A stretch of 64,000 nt of DNA from the NCBI GenBank assembly GCA_053919585.1, contig CM132805.1. One strand, 5' to 3'. A program made the translations under genes and the position numbers. The notes under the pieces were generated by a model. The model was not told the origin of the DNA, made no database searches, and was given only the letters and a program-made list of their open reading frames with translations. Origin of the DNA: Euprymna scolopes (Eukaryota). Below, piece by piece: positions 1 to 10,678 of this stretch (positions are counted from its first letter, which is position 1; the number at the start of each line of letters is the position of its first letter).

Positions 1-540
1 AAAAACGTGCAAATCGCGCATGTTGATGACACGTGAATTATAGTCACGTTGGCCAGACATACATGTGATTTTTCAATATAGGAAAGAGTTCGAAGTTAGA
101 GAGAGTTAGAGAGAGTTAGAGAGAGAGAGGGAGTCGGAGAGTCAGACGAGAGTCCGACCAGGGACACAGAGAGGTTCAGACCGAACCTTGGCACCGTCTG
201 GAAGCGAGAGGGTTTTAGAAGAAGAAGAAGAAGAAGAAGAAGAAGAAGAAGAAGAAGAAGAAGAAGAAGAAGAAGAAGAAGATGTAAAGAAGAAACTTTG
301 AATTCCTGGATGCAAAGCCATTGACCGGTCATATGGAAGAAATAAATGATAATCATGTTTTTAATAACTGCCGTCTTCTGTGTTCATCATTACAATGAGA
401 AAAGGTATTGTCCATTTATGTATAAGAACCATTTGATAAAATCATCATCTAAAGAATATGTGTTAGAAGTATATGTGTCAAACTATTTATGTTATATAAA
501 CACTCCCGTTTCATACAGAACTGTCAAAAGCATAAATGCC
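1..540 (+). mobile_element. LTR-like repeat fragment containing a (GAA)n tract; related to 54330-54830
   Basis: Shares blocks with ~54450-54680 (gagtcgga..., actttgaattcctggatg, gaccggt, actgccgtct, tacaa..gaaaaggta). Termini and TSD not resolved; it runs off the window edge. Confidence 0.35.
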
Positions 541-719
541 AATCTCTCGGTCTATATAATAACTCTTACAATATGAACATCTCAACAACATGATTAAGAC
601 TCTAATCTCTCACTAAGACTCTTACTCTTCTTATAACATGAACAACAAAAGAACATTCATCATCTTAATAATCGAATCTTTAAAATACAACAAGAGTACA
701 AAAAAGACTTCATGGTTTA

Positions 720-945
720 GTGGGGGATGCCCTTTTCTCTTACCTGCAGCCTCTCTCCCACACAAGAGACGTTGCGAGCCTGTCTTTGTTTTATCGTTAT
801 TTCCATGGCAAGTGCTCGTCTGAGCTCCAATCTCTCGTCCTCCCTCGCCAATCTTTCACGAGAAACACCCGTCTGGCTGAAACTACTGTCAACAATTTTC
901 CCCACTCTTTATCTGTGCCTAAATCCAAACGTACATGTTTCAGTT
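720..945 (+). pseudogene. CR1-group LINE ORF2 C-terminal fragment
   Basis: ORF 720-947 reads LQPLSHTRDVASLSLFYRYFHGKCSSEL, the C-terminal motif of CR1/L2-group LINE ORF2. Same family as 56800-57303. Confidence 0.75.
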
Positions 946-948
946 GAT

Positions 949-1060
949 TCTCAATTCAATGTGACCCAACTCATCAGACCAAAAAAGGAAACGCGATTGA
1001 CGCCCTTTTCAATCGCGTTTCCTTTCTTGGTCTGATGAGGTGGGTCACATTGAATTGAGA
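949..1060. repeat. Near-perfect palindrome (~52-bp arms, 8-nt loop)
   Basis: tctcaattcaatgtgaccc...gaaacgcgattga / cgcccttt / tcaatcgcgtttc...gggtcacattgaattgaga. Confidence 0.9.
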
Positions 1061-1490
1061 TTTTTTTTATTACATTTTCACCCCAAACAAAGCACATTGT
1101 CACTTTGAGGTAGGGGGCTACTATCAGGGACATAAGCTACAGGTGTACTATGTGGGGAGTTGTGCAGCAAGATGTCGTTCACGTTACACTTGAACTTCTG
1201 CATGTCAGTACAGTTGGGGAAGCAGGAACCCGGAAGGGAATTCCAAAGTCTAGCGATTCTGGGGAAGAAACTACTGGAGTAGAAGGCTCTCTTACATCTA
1301 GGGATCTCTACTGTGAAGGGGTGGGATTTAGCTGCTTGTCGGGTTTGTCGGGTGTATTTACGTCCTGGGGGTACAAGTGCTTGCAGTTCGTCAGAGCATT
1401 CACCGTTAAAGTACTTGTAGAACAGGCAGAGGGATGCAACATTTCGTCGATGAGACAGGGGCTGAAGCTTAGATGACAGTTCAGGTTGGC
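1061..1490 (-). mobile_element. CR1-group LINE 3' end
   Basis: Minus strand encodes KLQPLSHRRNVASLCLFYKYFNGECSDEL, then a 3' UTR and A-rich tail. Inverted relative of 6350-6790. Confidence 0.75.
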
Positions 1491-1988
1491 GATTGTAACA
1501 ATTTGACCTCTAGATTACACCATATACGCATGAGCCGCCGTTCCATATGCCCGAAATTGTATATAAATTATAAATGCCAAGAATTGATCTTTGAACTAGA
1601 CTCCATATTTGTATAACGAAAATATTCTTTTTGATTCATTTTAATTTAAAATTCGCCGCCTCTAAAAGAATAACTTTTATAATAATCCAGATATTCTTTA
1701 TTCTGCTGGATGTCAAGTCCAAGACGTACGATTTTGATCTCTGATCCTTTTTGAATCAATAAGAATTTTACTAGCCGGTGTCATACAGTTTTCCTGTATC
1801 AACATGTAATAATTATTGTCATTATATGATAGCATTATTTTTTAAATATAAATGAAATTCTGTCTTTCATAAATTGTCACCTGAATAATATGTCTCATAT
1901 TCAGTTAAATCAATAAAGGACATATAATGTTATTCGCATGGAGAATAGTGAAAAAAGTTTAATTAAAACCTTCAGATTTACGCGTTTG

Positions 1989-1991
<3 letters not shown>

Positions 1992-2052
<61 letters not shown>
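1992..2052. repeat. (TA)n microsatellite (others at ~2353, 5668, 24838, 29536, 31169, 31747, 35026, 35827, 38614, 39396, 52599, 53182, 53591)
   Basis: Direct reading of the sequence. Confidence 0.95.
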
Positions 2053-2054
<2 letters not shown>

Positions 2055-2347
2055 TTTACATAACACCAAAAGATGGAGGAAGTGAGGAAGCGTGGCTTTG
2101 GAAATCTTTTTACCCGAATACGATGTCCAGCATGTTAAAAATATACCTTTTGTTGTAAAAATCTAACGGATAAACATCTGAAGAAGTTGGTGGGGACAGA
2201 ATATTTTTATGGAAACATGAATCGTAAAATTGCCAACTCATCAATGAAACAGCTGTAATGGAAAAAATCCAGGAAATAAACGAAGGTTATAAAAAAGAAA
2301 ACGCGAATCTTTGAATTTTCAACAAAATTTTGCACTATAGTAGAAAA

Positions 2348-2437
<90 letters not shown>

Positions 2438-3573
2438 TTCCATCACAAATGCCAGTATTTTTTGACGGATAAAAGTTGTGATTGTGGTTGATTACATCTT
2501 GATCATGGATTAAACGAAAAAATACCATGAGCCTTTTCACAATTCGTTGTTTATTAACAAACATGTAATAAAATTATCACCTGCTTAATGTCAGGTAAAA
2601 TATCATCTCAAGTAAAATTTTATGCAGAGAAACGATCTTTTAAATACGCTGGCGCTATGACACCGCAAAGTTATTTCTCTTTGATTCAAAACTAATGTTT
2701 ATGTTTTGTGTAATGTTACGCTTACGGGTTTTTACGTATTCTTAACTTTACATAAATGTGTCATTTTAAGGAGTTATAATTTCTTGTTATTCGTTCTTAT
2801 TGTCATTATGCTTAGAATTTCTACTAAATAAAGAGTTGCGTGGTGAAATGACCCAACCAGAGAACAATATGTCAGTTAAATTCTTAAAAGGAATACACTG
2901 TCGATAATGTGAAAAATATTTAAGTAAAAATCCATACTAATTTTCAACGAACAGAAGAAAGAATGAAGCCAGTAAAAATCGTTTCATACTGATTCAAGAA
3001 AATGGAATGAAAATGCGCTATTTTGTTTTTCGCTTCGAAAATCAATCAATTTTTACTTACTCATCGAAAAGATGACAAACATCATCAAAACGGCAACGAA
3101 TTTCATTTTCACTGATTTAAAATGGACGTCAAATCTCTCAGGGTGTTAAATAAGGTATGTAGAGATAGTAAATCAATTTCCCCAATCGAGGTTTGCGATT
3201 CTCTGATTTTCCACAATTTCATGACCGTTTATATATCTTTATCGTTTCTATTGAATCACAAAGGATTATCTCCTAGGAGATTAAGCCTCATATTATTTTG
3301 ACACATTTATTTTATTTATTTTCTTTCCTTTGAAATTGAAGTGAACGAATTACTTATCATAAATGGTAAAACAATAAACAAAAGAAAACTAATTGTAAAA
3401 ATATTTGTGTACTTTTCTATCGCGATTGTTTCATTTTCATTTTTAAAGAGGATTATTAAAAAATATTTTACGGAGATTAAAACATTTCAAGACGATAATT
3501 GCTTTTAATAAGATTATGAAGTTGACAGTTGTTGTTGACATATGTTCAAACTTGTCTTCACCACACACACACA

Positions 3574-3619
<46 letters not shown>

Positions 3620-3799
3620 GACATATACATACATATATTATCAGACTATTTTAGGCAGCAGACATTGTTTTATATATGTTTTGTTGTAAATAAGTAATGC
3701 CGACGCATAAAATAAACAGCATACCTACCTACAAAATCGTACGTCTTGGACTTGACATCCAGCAGAATAAAGAATATATATATATATTTTTAAAAAATT

Positions 3800-3915
3800 T
3801 TTTTTCAGTATTTACTTCAACAGTGCTTAATACATATGTAGAGCTAGATAGTAAGTTATGAAAATGTATATAGCAATTAAGCTACACAGAATATTCCGCG
3901 TTTCATTCTCGTGAA
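3800..3915 (-). mobile_element. Penelope-like pLTR remnant with the 3' half of a hammerhead (GAAA-stem III-GUA-gctta)
   Basis: Minus strand gaaacgcggaatattctgtgtagcttaattgc matches the 53103/53505 family; the CUGANGA half is missing. Confidence 0.55.
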
Positions 3916-4151
3916 AATTGGTGGAAAAGTTGAGGTTATCGCGTGTTTATATATATACACACATGCTATTGAATTTTTTAGTTAGTTAATTTGCTTCCTA
4001 GTCGTCACAGCACCCATCCTAATCAACTAATGGGCGGGCACTTACAGGACAAAGACACAGTTGACCTGCGGTCCACCCCTTCTCTTTGTGTGAAGAACAA
4101 TGAAAACAATAATAACAAAATGAATAAAAAAGTGAAAGCTCCTTGTTAGTC

Positions 4152-4211
<60 letters not shown>
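4152..4211. repeat. (TAA)n microsatellite
   Basis: Direct reading; it produces the poly-Leu in ORF 4019-4438. Confidence 0.95.
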
Positions 4212-4212
<1 letters not shown>

Positions 4213-4679
4213 TAGACCAATTTTCTTTTTGTATTCTTTTTAAAAGGCAGTTTATTCTCGAAATTATCAAAAGGTAATTTTTTTTATCAATATTGTAGCA
4301 GTAAATCTCGTATATTATTGAAAAATCTATTAAAAATGAAGTGAACAATTTTTGATGATTAAGAGTTAAAATATTTTCGTCGGTTGTTTGTTGCTCTCTG
4401 TCCCCATTCCTGTTTTCTGCATTTCTATCAGCCTTCATGAATGGTCACATATTTATTTACCAGCAAATGCTTTAAGCAAACTACCGTCTTCTTTTATAAT
4501 GAAATGATTTGATCATCACGTGATTAGACTTACGCCGATGACCACAGTTTTCTGCAATCTCGTTCCGATGCAATCATCAAATTAACTTTTTTATTTTCAA
4601 ATAGACACTTGTAATCAAAATAAATAAAATTAATAAAATAAAATTAATAAAATAAATAAATTAATAATAATTCTGATTT

Positions 4680-5124
4680 CGTTTATCAACGTCTCCCTGG
4701 AAAGGGATGGGATTCATTTCCAGAGGATTTCCCTCAATCCCGGATCCAAACCAGTAGCTTCATTCAAAGATCAAGGGTTTTACTAGGGATGTTGGTGGCA
4801 CCTATAATAGTAGAAGTCTGAAGGCCGCCTAAAACATTGGGGATTCGTAGTTTTTTCAATTGTCCTTCCAGACGACTTGATACTACTCCTAGTGTACCAA
4901 CTACGATCGGGATTATTTGTGTTTTAACCCCGTGTATATGCCTTATCTCCAAGACCAATGAAGCATAATTGCTCCACTTCTCGTTCTCTTTCTCTTTCAC
5001 ATTTCTGTCCCAGAGTACCGAGAAGTCTACAATCTGCCAGTTTTTTTTTGAGACCTTGTTAATGACGACCAAATCCAGACGATTATGCTCCAATTGCTTA
5101 GTCGTTATGACACTTTTGTCCCAC
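4680..5124 (-). mobile_element. R4/Dong-like non-LTR retrotransposon 3' end (RLE domain plus 3' UTR), truncated by a gap
   Basis: WDKSVITTKQLEHNRLDLVVI...IVDFSV...IIPIVVGTLG; closely matches 50635-51058. Confidence 0.8.
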
Positions 5125-5459
5125 NNNNNNNNNNNNNNNNNNNNNNNNNNNNNNNNNNNNNNNNNNNNNNNNNNNNNNNNNNNNNNNNNNNNNNNNNNNN
5201 NNNNNNNNNNNNNNNNNNNNNNNNNNNNNNNNNNNNNNNNNNNNNNNNNNNNNNNNNNNNNNNNNNNNNNNNNNNNNNNNNNNNNNNNNNNNNNNNNNNN
5301 NNNNNNNNNNNNNNNNNNNNNNNNNNNNNNNNNNNNNNNNNNNNNNNNNNNNNNNNNNNACCTGGATTTTATTTTAACCAATATTTTAGCGGTAAAGCTG
5401 GCATTAATGCAAGGTCTATTCAAAAGTTTTTGTTGACTCTATAAGAATATATACGAAGT

Positions 5460-5666
5460 GTACATAAATTAAAATATAATATTTAAGTATATTTTACGAC
5501 CGGGCTTCGCTGGGGGGTGGGGGAGTCACTGTTAGCTTGGATAATTTAACAAAAGAGCTACAATAGTATCAAGCGTCTCCATTTACGCTGAACATCCACA
5601 GAATGCCAACATCAATCAATATTACATATGAAAGAGTTTCTCGTGGAATTTCCACAGGTCTCACTA

Positions 5667-5667
<1 letters not shown>
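5460..5667 (+). mobile_element. Non-autonomous Helitron-like 3' end (family B)
   Basis: Hairpin gtggaa-t-ttccac (5643-5655) followed by CTAG (5664-5667) then T; second copy at ~45845-46038. Confidence 0.55.
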
Positions 5668-5736
<69 letters not shown>

Positions 5737-5779
5737 CCGCGACGGTCGTACATCCTAACAATGTAATATAACTGCGGGA

Positions 5780-6792
5780 GTACCTTAGGAGTCTATCTTT
5801 GAACCTTTATTATTCCTAATATTCATAAATGAACTCCCTGATAAAATTGCTCCTGAGATGGATATATCTGTTAATGACAACACGCTCTATAACAGGCTCG
5901 AGGAGAAAACGAATGAACACATAAGAAAATGGCAGAAACACTAGCGGAAGACCTCCAATCTGTATTAGAATGGGACATACATTGATAGTCACATTCAATG
6001 CTGCCAAGATTCAGTTTGTTTCCTTTAATAATTACAAGAAACCTTCTCTGCCACCAATATTGATATCCAAAGACATATAACCTGGAAAGTACTTCCTTTA
6101 AACTTCTCAGCTTATCATTCACAGGGAACATGAGTTAGAACAGATACATTGAAAGCATTGCCAAGGTCGCTGCAAAGAAGGTAGGCTCTTTCTACAGCGT
6201 TAGAAAGCTAATTACACCTGAAAGTATCCTGTATAGCTATAAGACCACCATTCACCCATGTATGGAGTACTGCTGTCACATTTAGCCTGGTGGATCTACT
6301 ACTAGTCTATCACTTATAGACAAGGTCCAAAAGAGAGTCGCTAACCTGAACTGTCATCTAAGCTTCAGCGTCTGTCCCATCGACGAAATGTTGCATCCCT
6401 CTGCCTGTTCTACTAGTATTTTAATGGTGAATTCTCTGGCGAACTGCAAGCACTTGTACCCTCTTGACGTAAATACCCCTGACAAACTCGACAACCAGCT
6501 AATCCCACCCTTACACAGTAGAGATCCCTAGATGTAAGAAAGCCTTCTACTCCAAATTTTTTTTCCCTAGAACTGCTAGACTTTGGAACTTCCTTGCGGG
6601 ATTCTGCTTTCTTAGCTGTAATGTGAACAGACATAAGTCCAGTTCAAACGGACAGAATTTTAGTGACATGCAGAAGATCAAGTGTAATGTAGACAGACAC
6701 ATAATATCCCTGCAACTTATGTCCCCAATAGTAGCACCCTATATCAGAGTGACACTGTGCCTTTTTTGGGGTGAAAATGGAATTTTAAAAAA
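5780..6792 (+). mobile_element. CR1-group LINE, 5'-truncated and decayed (RT end to 3' tail)
   Basis: Remnants of LGV.L..LLF, VTFNAAK, YKTTIHPCMEYCCHI and LSHRRNVASLCLFY; A-rich 3' end. Confidence 0.8.
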
Positions 6793-7029
6793 ATACGAGT
6801 AAAATATGCTGCATTGTCTGCCTTGATGCCCTAAATAAGGTCTGGTTTAACGCTCGTTATTTGAGGTTGACTGATTGAGTTATTTCGCTTAATTTATTCG
6901 AAAAGGACCAAAGATTATAGAGATTAGCATTGGATTTCATAGAATAAAAGATATTTTGGTTTTCAGATATCTATTTCTTTATATTAAAAGATAAAATAAA
7001 AAAAATTATATCATTTATCTTTTGTTTTT

Positions 7030-7160
7030 GCTGTTTGTCAAATGTAAAAGCCATAACAAGCATTTATGTGCTTCTGACTAGCCTTTCAGCAATGCATTAG
7101 TTACTTATATTTTCTCACCGTTCTCCCTCAAGTATAGAATAGATGCTGCACTTTCCTTAG
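7030..7160 (+). pseudogene. CR1-group LINE APE endonuclease fragment (5' part, interrupted by Academ)
   Basis: FMCF.LA...YLYF..RSPS...IDAALSL continues as DSNAQI..FGD..VHH at 20694 once the Academ and one TAG are removed. Confidence 0.65.
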
Positions 7161-7318
7161 TAGCTGAGCAGCTTAAGTCAAAATTGATGAAGAATCGTGC
7201 ATTTTGGTAAGCAAGCATGAAACTCGGCACGATTGCTCACGATGGTCTACTCTTCCGAAAAAACTTTTGGGCCACTCAAAAAATCCAAGATGGCCGCCAT
7301 TTTTCAAGATGGCCGCCA
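7161..7318 (+). repeat. Academ left TIR
   Basis: Reverse complement of 20543-20690 apart from a spacer after the first 11 bp. Confidence 0.9.
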
Positions 7319-7545
7319 CGGATGGTAAAATTTATCATTTTGTGAACTAAATGCTTCATTTTTGACCGATTTCCACATATTATATATCAATTTAAATGTT
7401 TCTGATGTCAACAAAGCCATTTCTGGCGACAAAATAAAGATTTAACACCATTTGAGTGTAATAAAGGCTATATTTTACACACTTATGTCAGTTTATCCCG
7501 CATTTTTCTCTTCTTGTTCTTGTGTTTTCATCAGGATTCACACGT

Positions 7546-9464
7546 TCAACACTCGCAATTGCAGCTGCATAAATTTGTACATGGAAGGCCGAATTTATAG
7601 CATTTGCATCTTCCAAAGCATTGTGTCTTGCATCCGCATTTTGTTAGTTCCTTGTAGCTTTCTGCAACTGGCGGAAGTGTTGTCCAAAATATCTTCCATG
7701 TATTGCCGTGCTTCTTCCACCCCCACTCGCCAGGACTATCAATTTCCATGTGACAGCATGTTGCTTGACTCCAAATGCACCCTGCTTAATAAGGTCTTCA
7801 TGAACTCTTTAAAGCGAGTCCTGCCATTCCCATAGTGCATGCGAACAGCTTCAGCTGCGGTTTCCGATGCTATAATCTTTGTATCCAGAGTGAGTAGATC
7901 GGATGATTCTTCTTGAAATGGATTGCCCATTTCATTGATGACAGCCGTGAGCTTTGTTACTTTGCCATAGAAAGCTTTCTGGGATTGACTTGTTTGTTCT
8001 CTGTGTTTCATGTTTTCAGTAACATCCTTGTTCGATGACAGTGCTTCATATTCTTCAGTAAGACGACTCACTTCTGGCCCTGCTACCATCCATCTTCGTA
8101 TTGCTGAAGGATCCTCTGTCACACCTACGACCCCACCCTCTCCTTTGATGATTGCATTTGCCTGTTCATGTACTTGATCAATGGTCATAGAAGAAAATGG
8201 TCGCAATGACTTGAAGACAACAAATTTGCCATTTTTTAATTGCAAATACGTATCAGGATGGGTCTGCTCTAAGCACAGCATGTCCTTCAGATGAACTGAT
8301 AGCCATCTTGCATAGTTGTAGTTATTGTTGGCAAAGAAGTATGGTATCAGCTCCATCAGTGTTCTGACATAAAGTCTGAAGTCAGCTTCCCTGAAAGAAC
8401 GTATCAGAGATAGTATGGTCAGTTCCATTGAAAGCACTAGATACCAGTAACTGAATTGCGGGCTCTCTGCTTTTCTCTTCTCACACCACTCATCAAAGCT
8501 TAAGATAACTGACGCATCTTGCTCCAAAGAAGTATCTGCAATGTAATACTCGCATGCTTTTTTCATCAGTGTGTAGAGACTACATGCAGTAATCTGGTGA
8601 GCGTATCATGTCCTAGTAACACTTGAAGCAGTGATGAAAGATTCTGCCATACTAGACGAAGCTATATCTGCTTCTACAATGGCTTCTATCCAACCACTTG
8701 CTTTTAGAAGCCACCCAATTGACTTCAGTGCAGCCATTTCAACATGCAAGCCGCCAAACATGATGACAAACTTATTTTCACCATATTGCTGAGGCCAGTG
8801 CCATTGTATTTGCTTGGTCAATGCATAAAGTGGCTGATCAGCAGTTATGACTGGAATTTGCCCTGGGCTGAGGAACGCTATTGTCTCTCTAATCCTCTCC
8901 ATAACATGTCGTATTGTGGCAACTGAGTGGGCTTGTTCTCGGAGGAGAGGTAGAATTTATGTAATGCTCACTTTGAAATCTAACTCTCTCTTCTCAGAAG
9001 CATGGTGTGCCGACCAGGTTATGTTAACGTCATCATCAATGCTTTGTGTCAGATGAACCTTTTCTAGCCACTGAAATTCATTTGCTAACAAAAGCCTGAG
9101 AAAGTCAATATCGACACTTGTTGGATATTCGAACTCTGGAGGCGACGGAGTCTTGTTCTTTAGATATGCAGGATGAATGTTTGTGAAAGATTCTGGAAGT
9201 TCAGGCACCCGTTTTATACTATGATTTTTGATCATAAGTGGCTCACGCAGTTCACCATCACTGTCAGACGTTGGATGTTGAAATAGTGAGATACTGGTAC
9301 CATGAAAGGATATTGTAGCTGTTGTTGCAGACGGATTGTGATCTATATTGTCCATAGCTGATGTGGTAAAAAGACCTTTCCTAAGTTCTGTAGGGCACAC
9401 TACACCCTCTTCAGTGTACCTGTCAAAAACGGCTTCACCCAATTGAGCAGATATTTCAAGCACC
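7546..9464 (-). pseudogene. Academ transposase, C-terminal portion (stops, frameshift, internal deletion)
   Basis: AMDNIDHNPSATTATISFHGT, ITADQPLYALTKQIQW, FGGLHVEM, NYARWL, DQVHEQ, and terminal CGCKTQCFGRCKCYKFGLPCTNLCSCNCEC. Confidence 0.85.
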
Positions 9465-10135
9465 TGTTACATAAGGGAGGGAGAAGAAACGGATTTGGAC
9501 TTTGGACACTTTACTTGAGGGATACTGGTACCCTGGTGATGATGTGTCCATTTTACTAATGAAGAGAAAAAGTTTACGACGATGAGAGAGATATTACAAA
9601 TGTTAAGAGACGAGAGAACGGGACCCAAGATCCCTTAAACCGTTTGTCTGGTGGTTAGGACACTTGTTGTGGATGTATGTGTTTATATATAGAAGTTCAT
9701 ACCTGGTTTTGCTGCTCTGGGAGAGTCTTCATCTAGGTGGAGCTCTCTTGCTGTTTTCGCCGGAATACACAAGATGAAGACAGATGTTGGGTTTTCAACC
9801 TTTTATTCTCCCAGGCATGATCTGCAGATGTCGCCATCGATGGTCTCCACTGTGGGTACCTACCACGTCCCACGTCTGGGGCGCGCATCTCCCCCCTTAC
9901 TTAGGAGAGAACCATTTTAGACTTCTGCTCGGCTCGGCTTTTTCTGAGAGACTCAACGTTTCACCAACCTTGCCACGTAGCATCACATGACATCCGGTTA
10001 GATGAAACGTCACTTCCTGCAACGTGGATTAACTACAAAAATATCTCTGACCTCCTCCCACCCTCTCCCTCTCTCTCTCTCGATCTACTATCTAATAGAG
10101 ACACAGAGAGAGAAAATAGAGAGAGTATGAAAGAG

Positions 10136-10177
<42 letters not shown>

Positions 10178-10189
10178 TGCTCTTTAACA
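9465..10189 (-). repeat. 3' LTR (725 bp)
   Basis: Direct repeat of 13738-14373 with ~5 substitutions and an ~89-bp length difference in the GA-rich tract. Confidence 0.92.
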
Positions 10190-10207
10190 TTCCTCCACCC
10201 TTTTTTT
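10190..10207 (-). other. Polypurine tract
   Basis: Minus strand aaaaaaagggtggaggaa directly abuts the LTR TG. Confidence 0.85.
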
Positions 10208-10605
10208 ATCAAAATGTATGACAAGCCATACATTTTTAATAACTAACTAACTAAAAAAAATAATTATGTCCGAAGTACATCTTTATTCTTTCACTTTCCG
10301 GACTCACCCCTTTTCCAAGAAAGATCAGGTACCAGTACTCTTCTACAAAACTATCAACCCTTCTGCTGCTTCTCGAAAGTCCCTCCTCGACATTAACTTG
10401 CTTCCAAGTTAGACAAATATACAGCTTTGCAGATATACATCTTGTCTAGGCGGTCGCATTGTTGGATATTTTCCACTGACTCTGCTCTTTATTTGGACCA
10501 CTTGGCCAAACAAATGGAGACTCCATTTTCGATCACTTTTTCGAAATGGGGCCAGCATATCGCAATTACGATCAGAACGTCGGATGCTCCATGTTGGTGG
10601 TAGCT

Positions 10606-10678
10606 TTATCGCATGGGGACTCGAACCCCAGACCCTCAGATAAAAAGTCTGATGCTCTACCGACCCAACCATCCCACT
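10606..10678 (-). pseudogene. tRNA-Lys(UUU)-derived sequence inside the LTR element
   Basis: gtcggtagagcatcagactttttatctgagggtctggggttcgagtcccca: anticodon arm and T arm intact, B box intact, acceptor stem not paired. Confidence 0.75.

Noticed and set aside
96-356. Poly-Leu ORF (also 4019-4438) and the many YI/CV-repeat ORFs
   Set aside because: Translations of (GAA)n, (TAA)n, (TA)n and (CA)n microsatellites.
1012-1045. ctgatgag and gaaacgcg in the palindrome as a hammerhead
   Set aside because: The two core halves are in the wrong order and orientation on both strands.
9784-9990. Identical 68-aa ORF occurring twice (also 14057-14263)
   Set aside because: It lies inside the two LTRs, antisense to the element, with no recognisable motif.
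10606-10678. Functional tRNA-Lys gene
   Set aside because: Acceptor stem does not pair and the D stem is damaged; reported as tRNA-derived instead.
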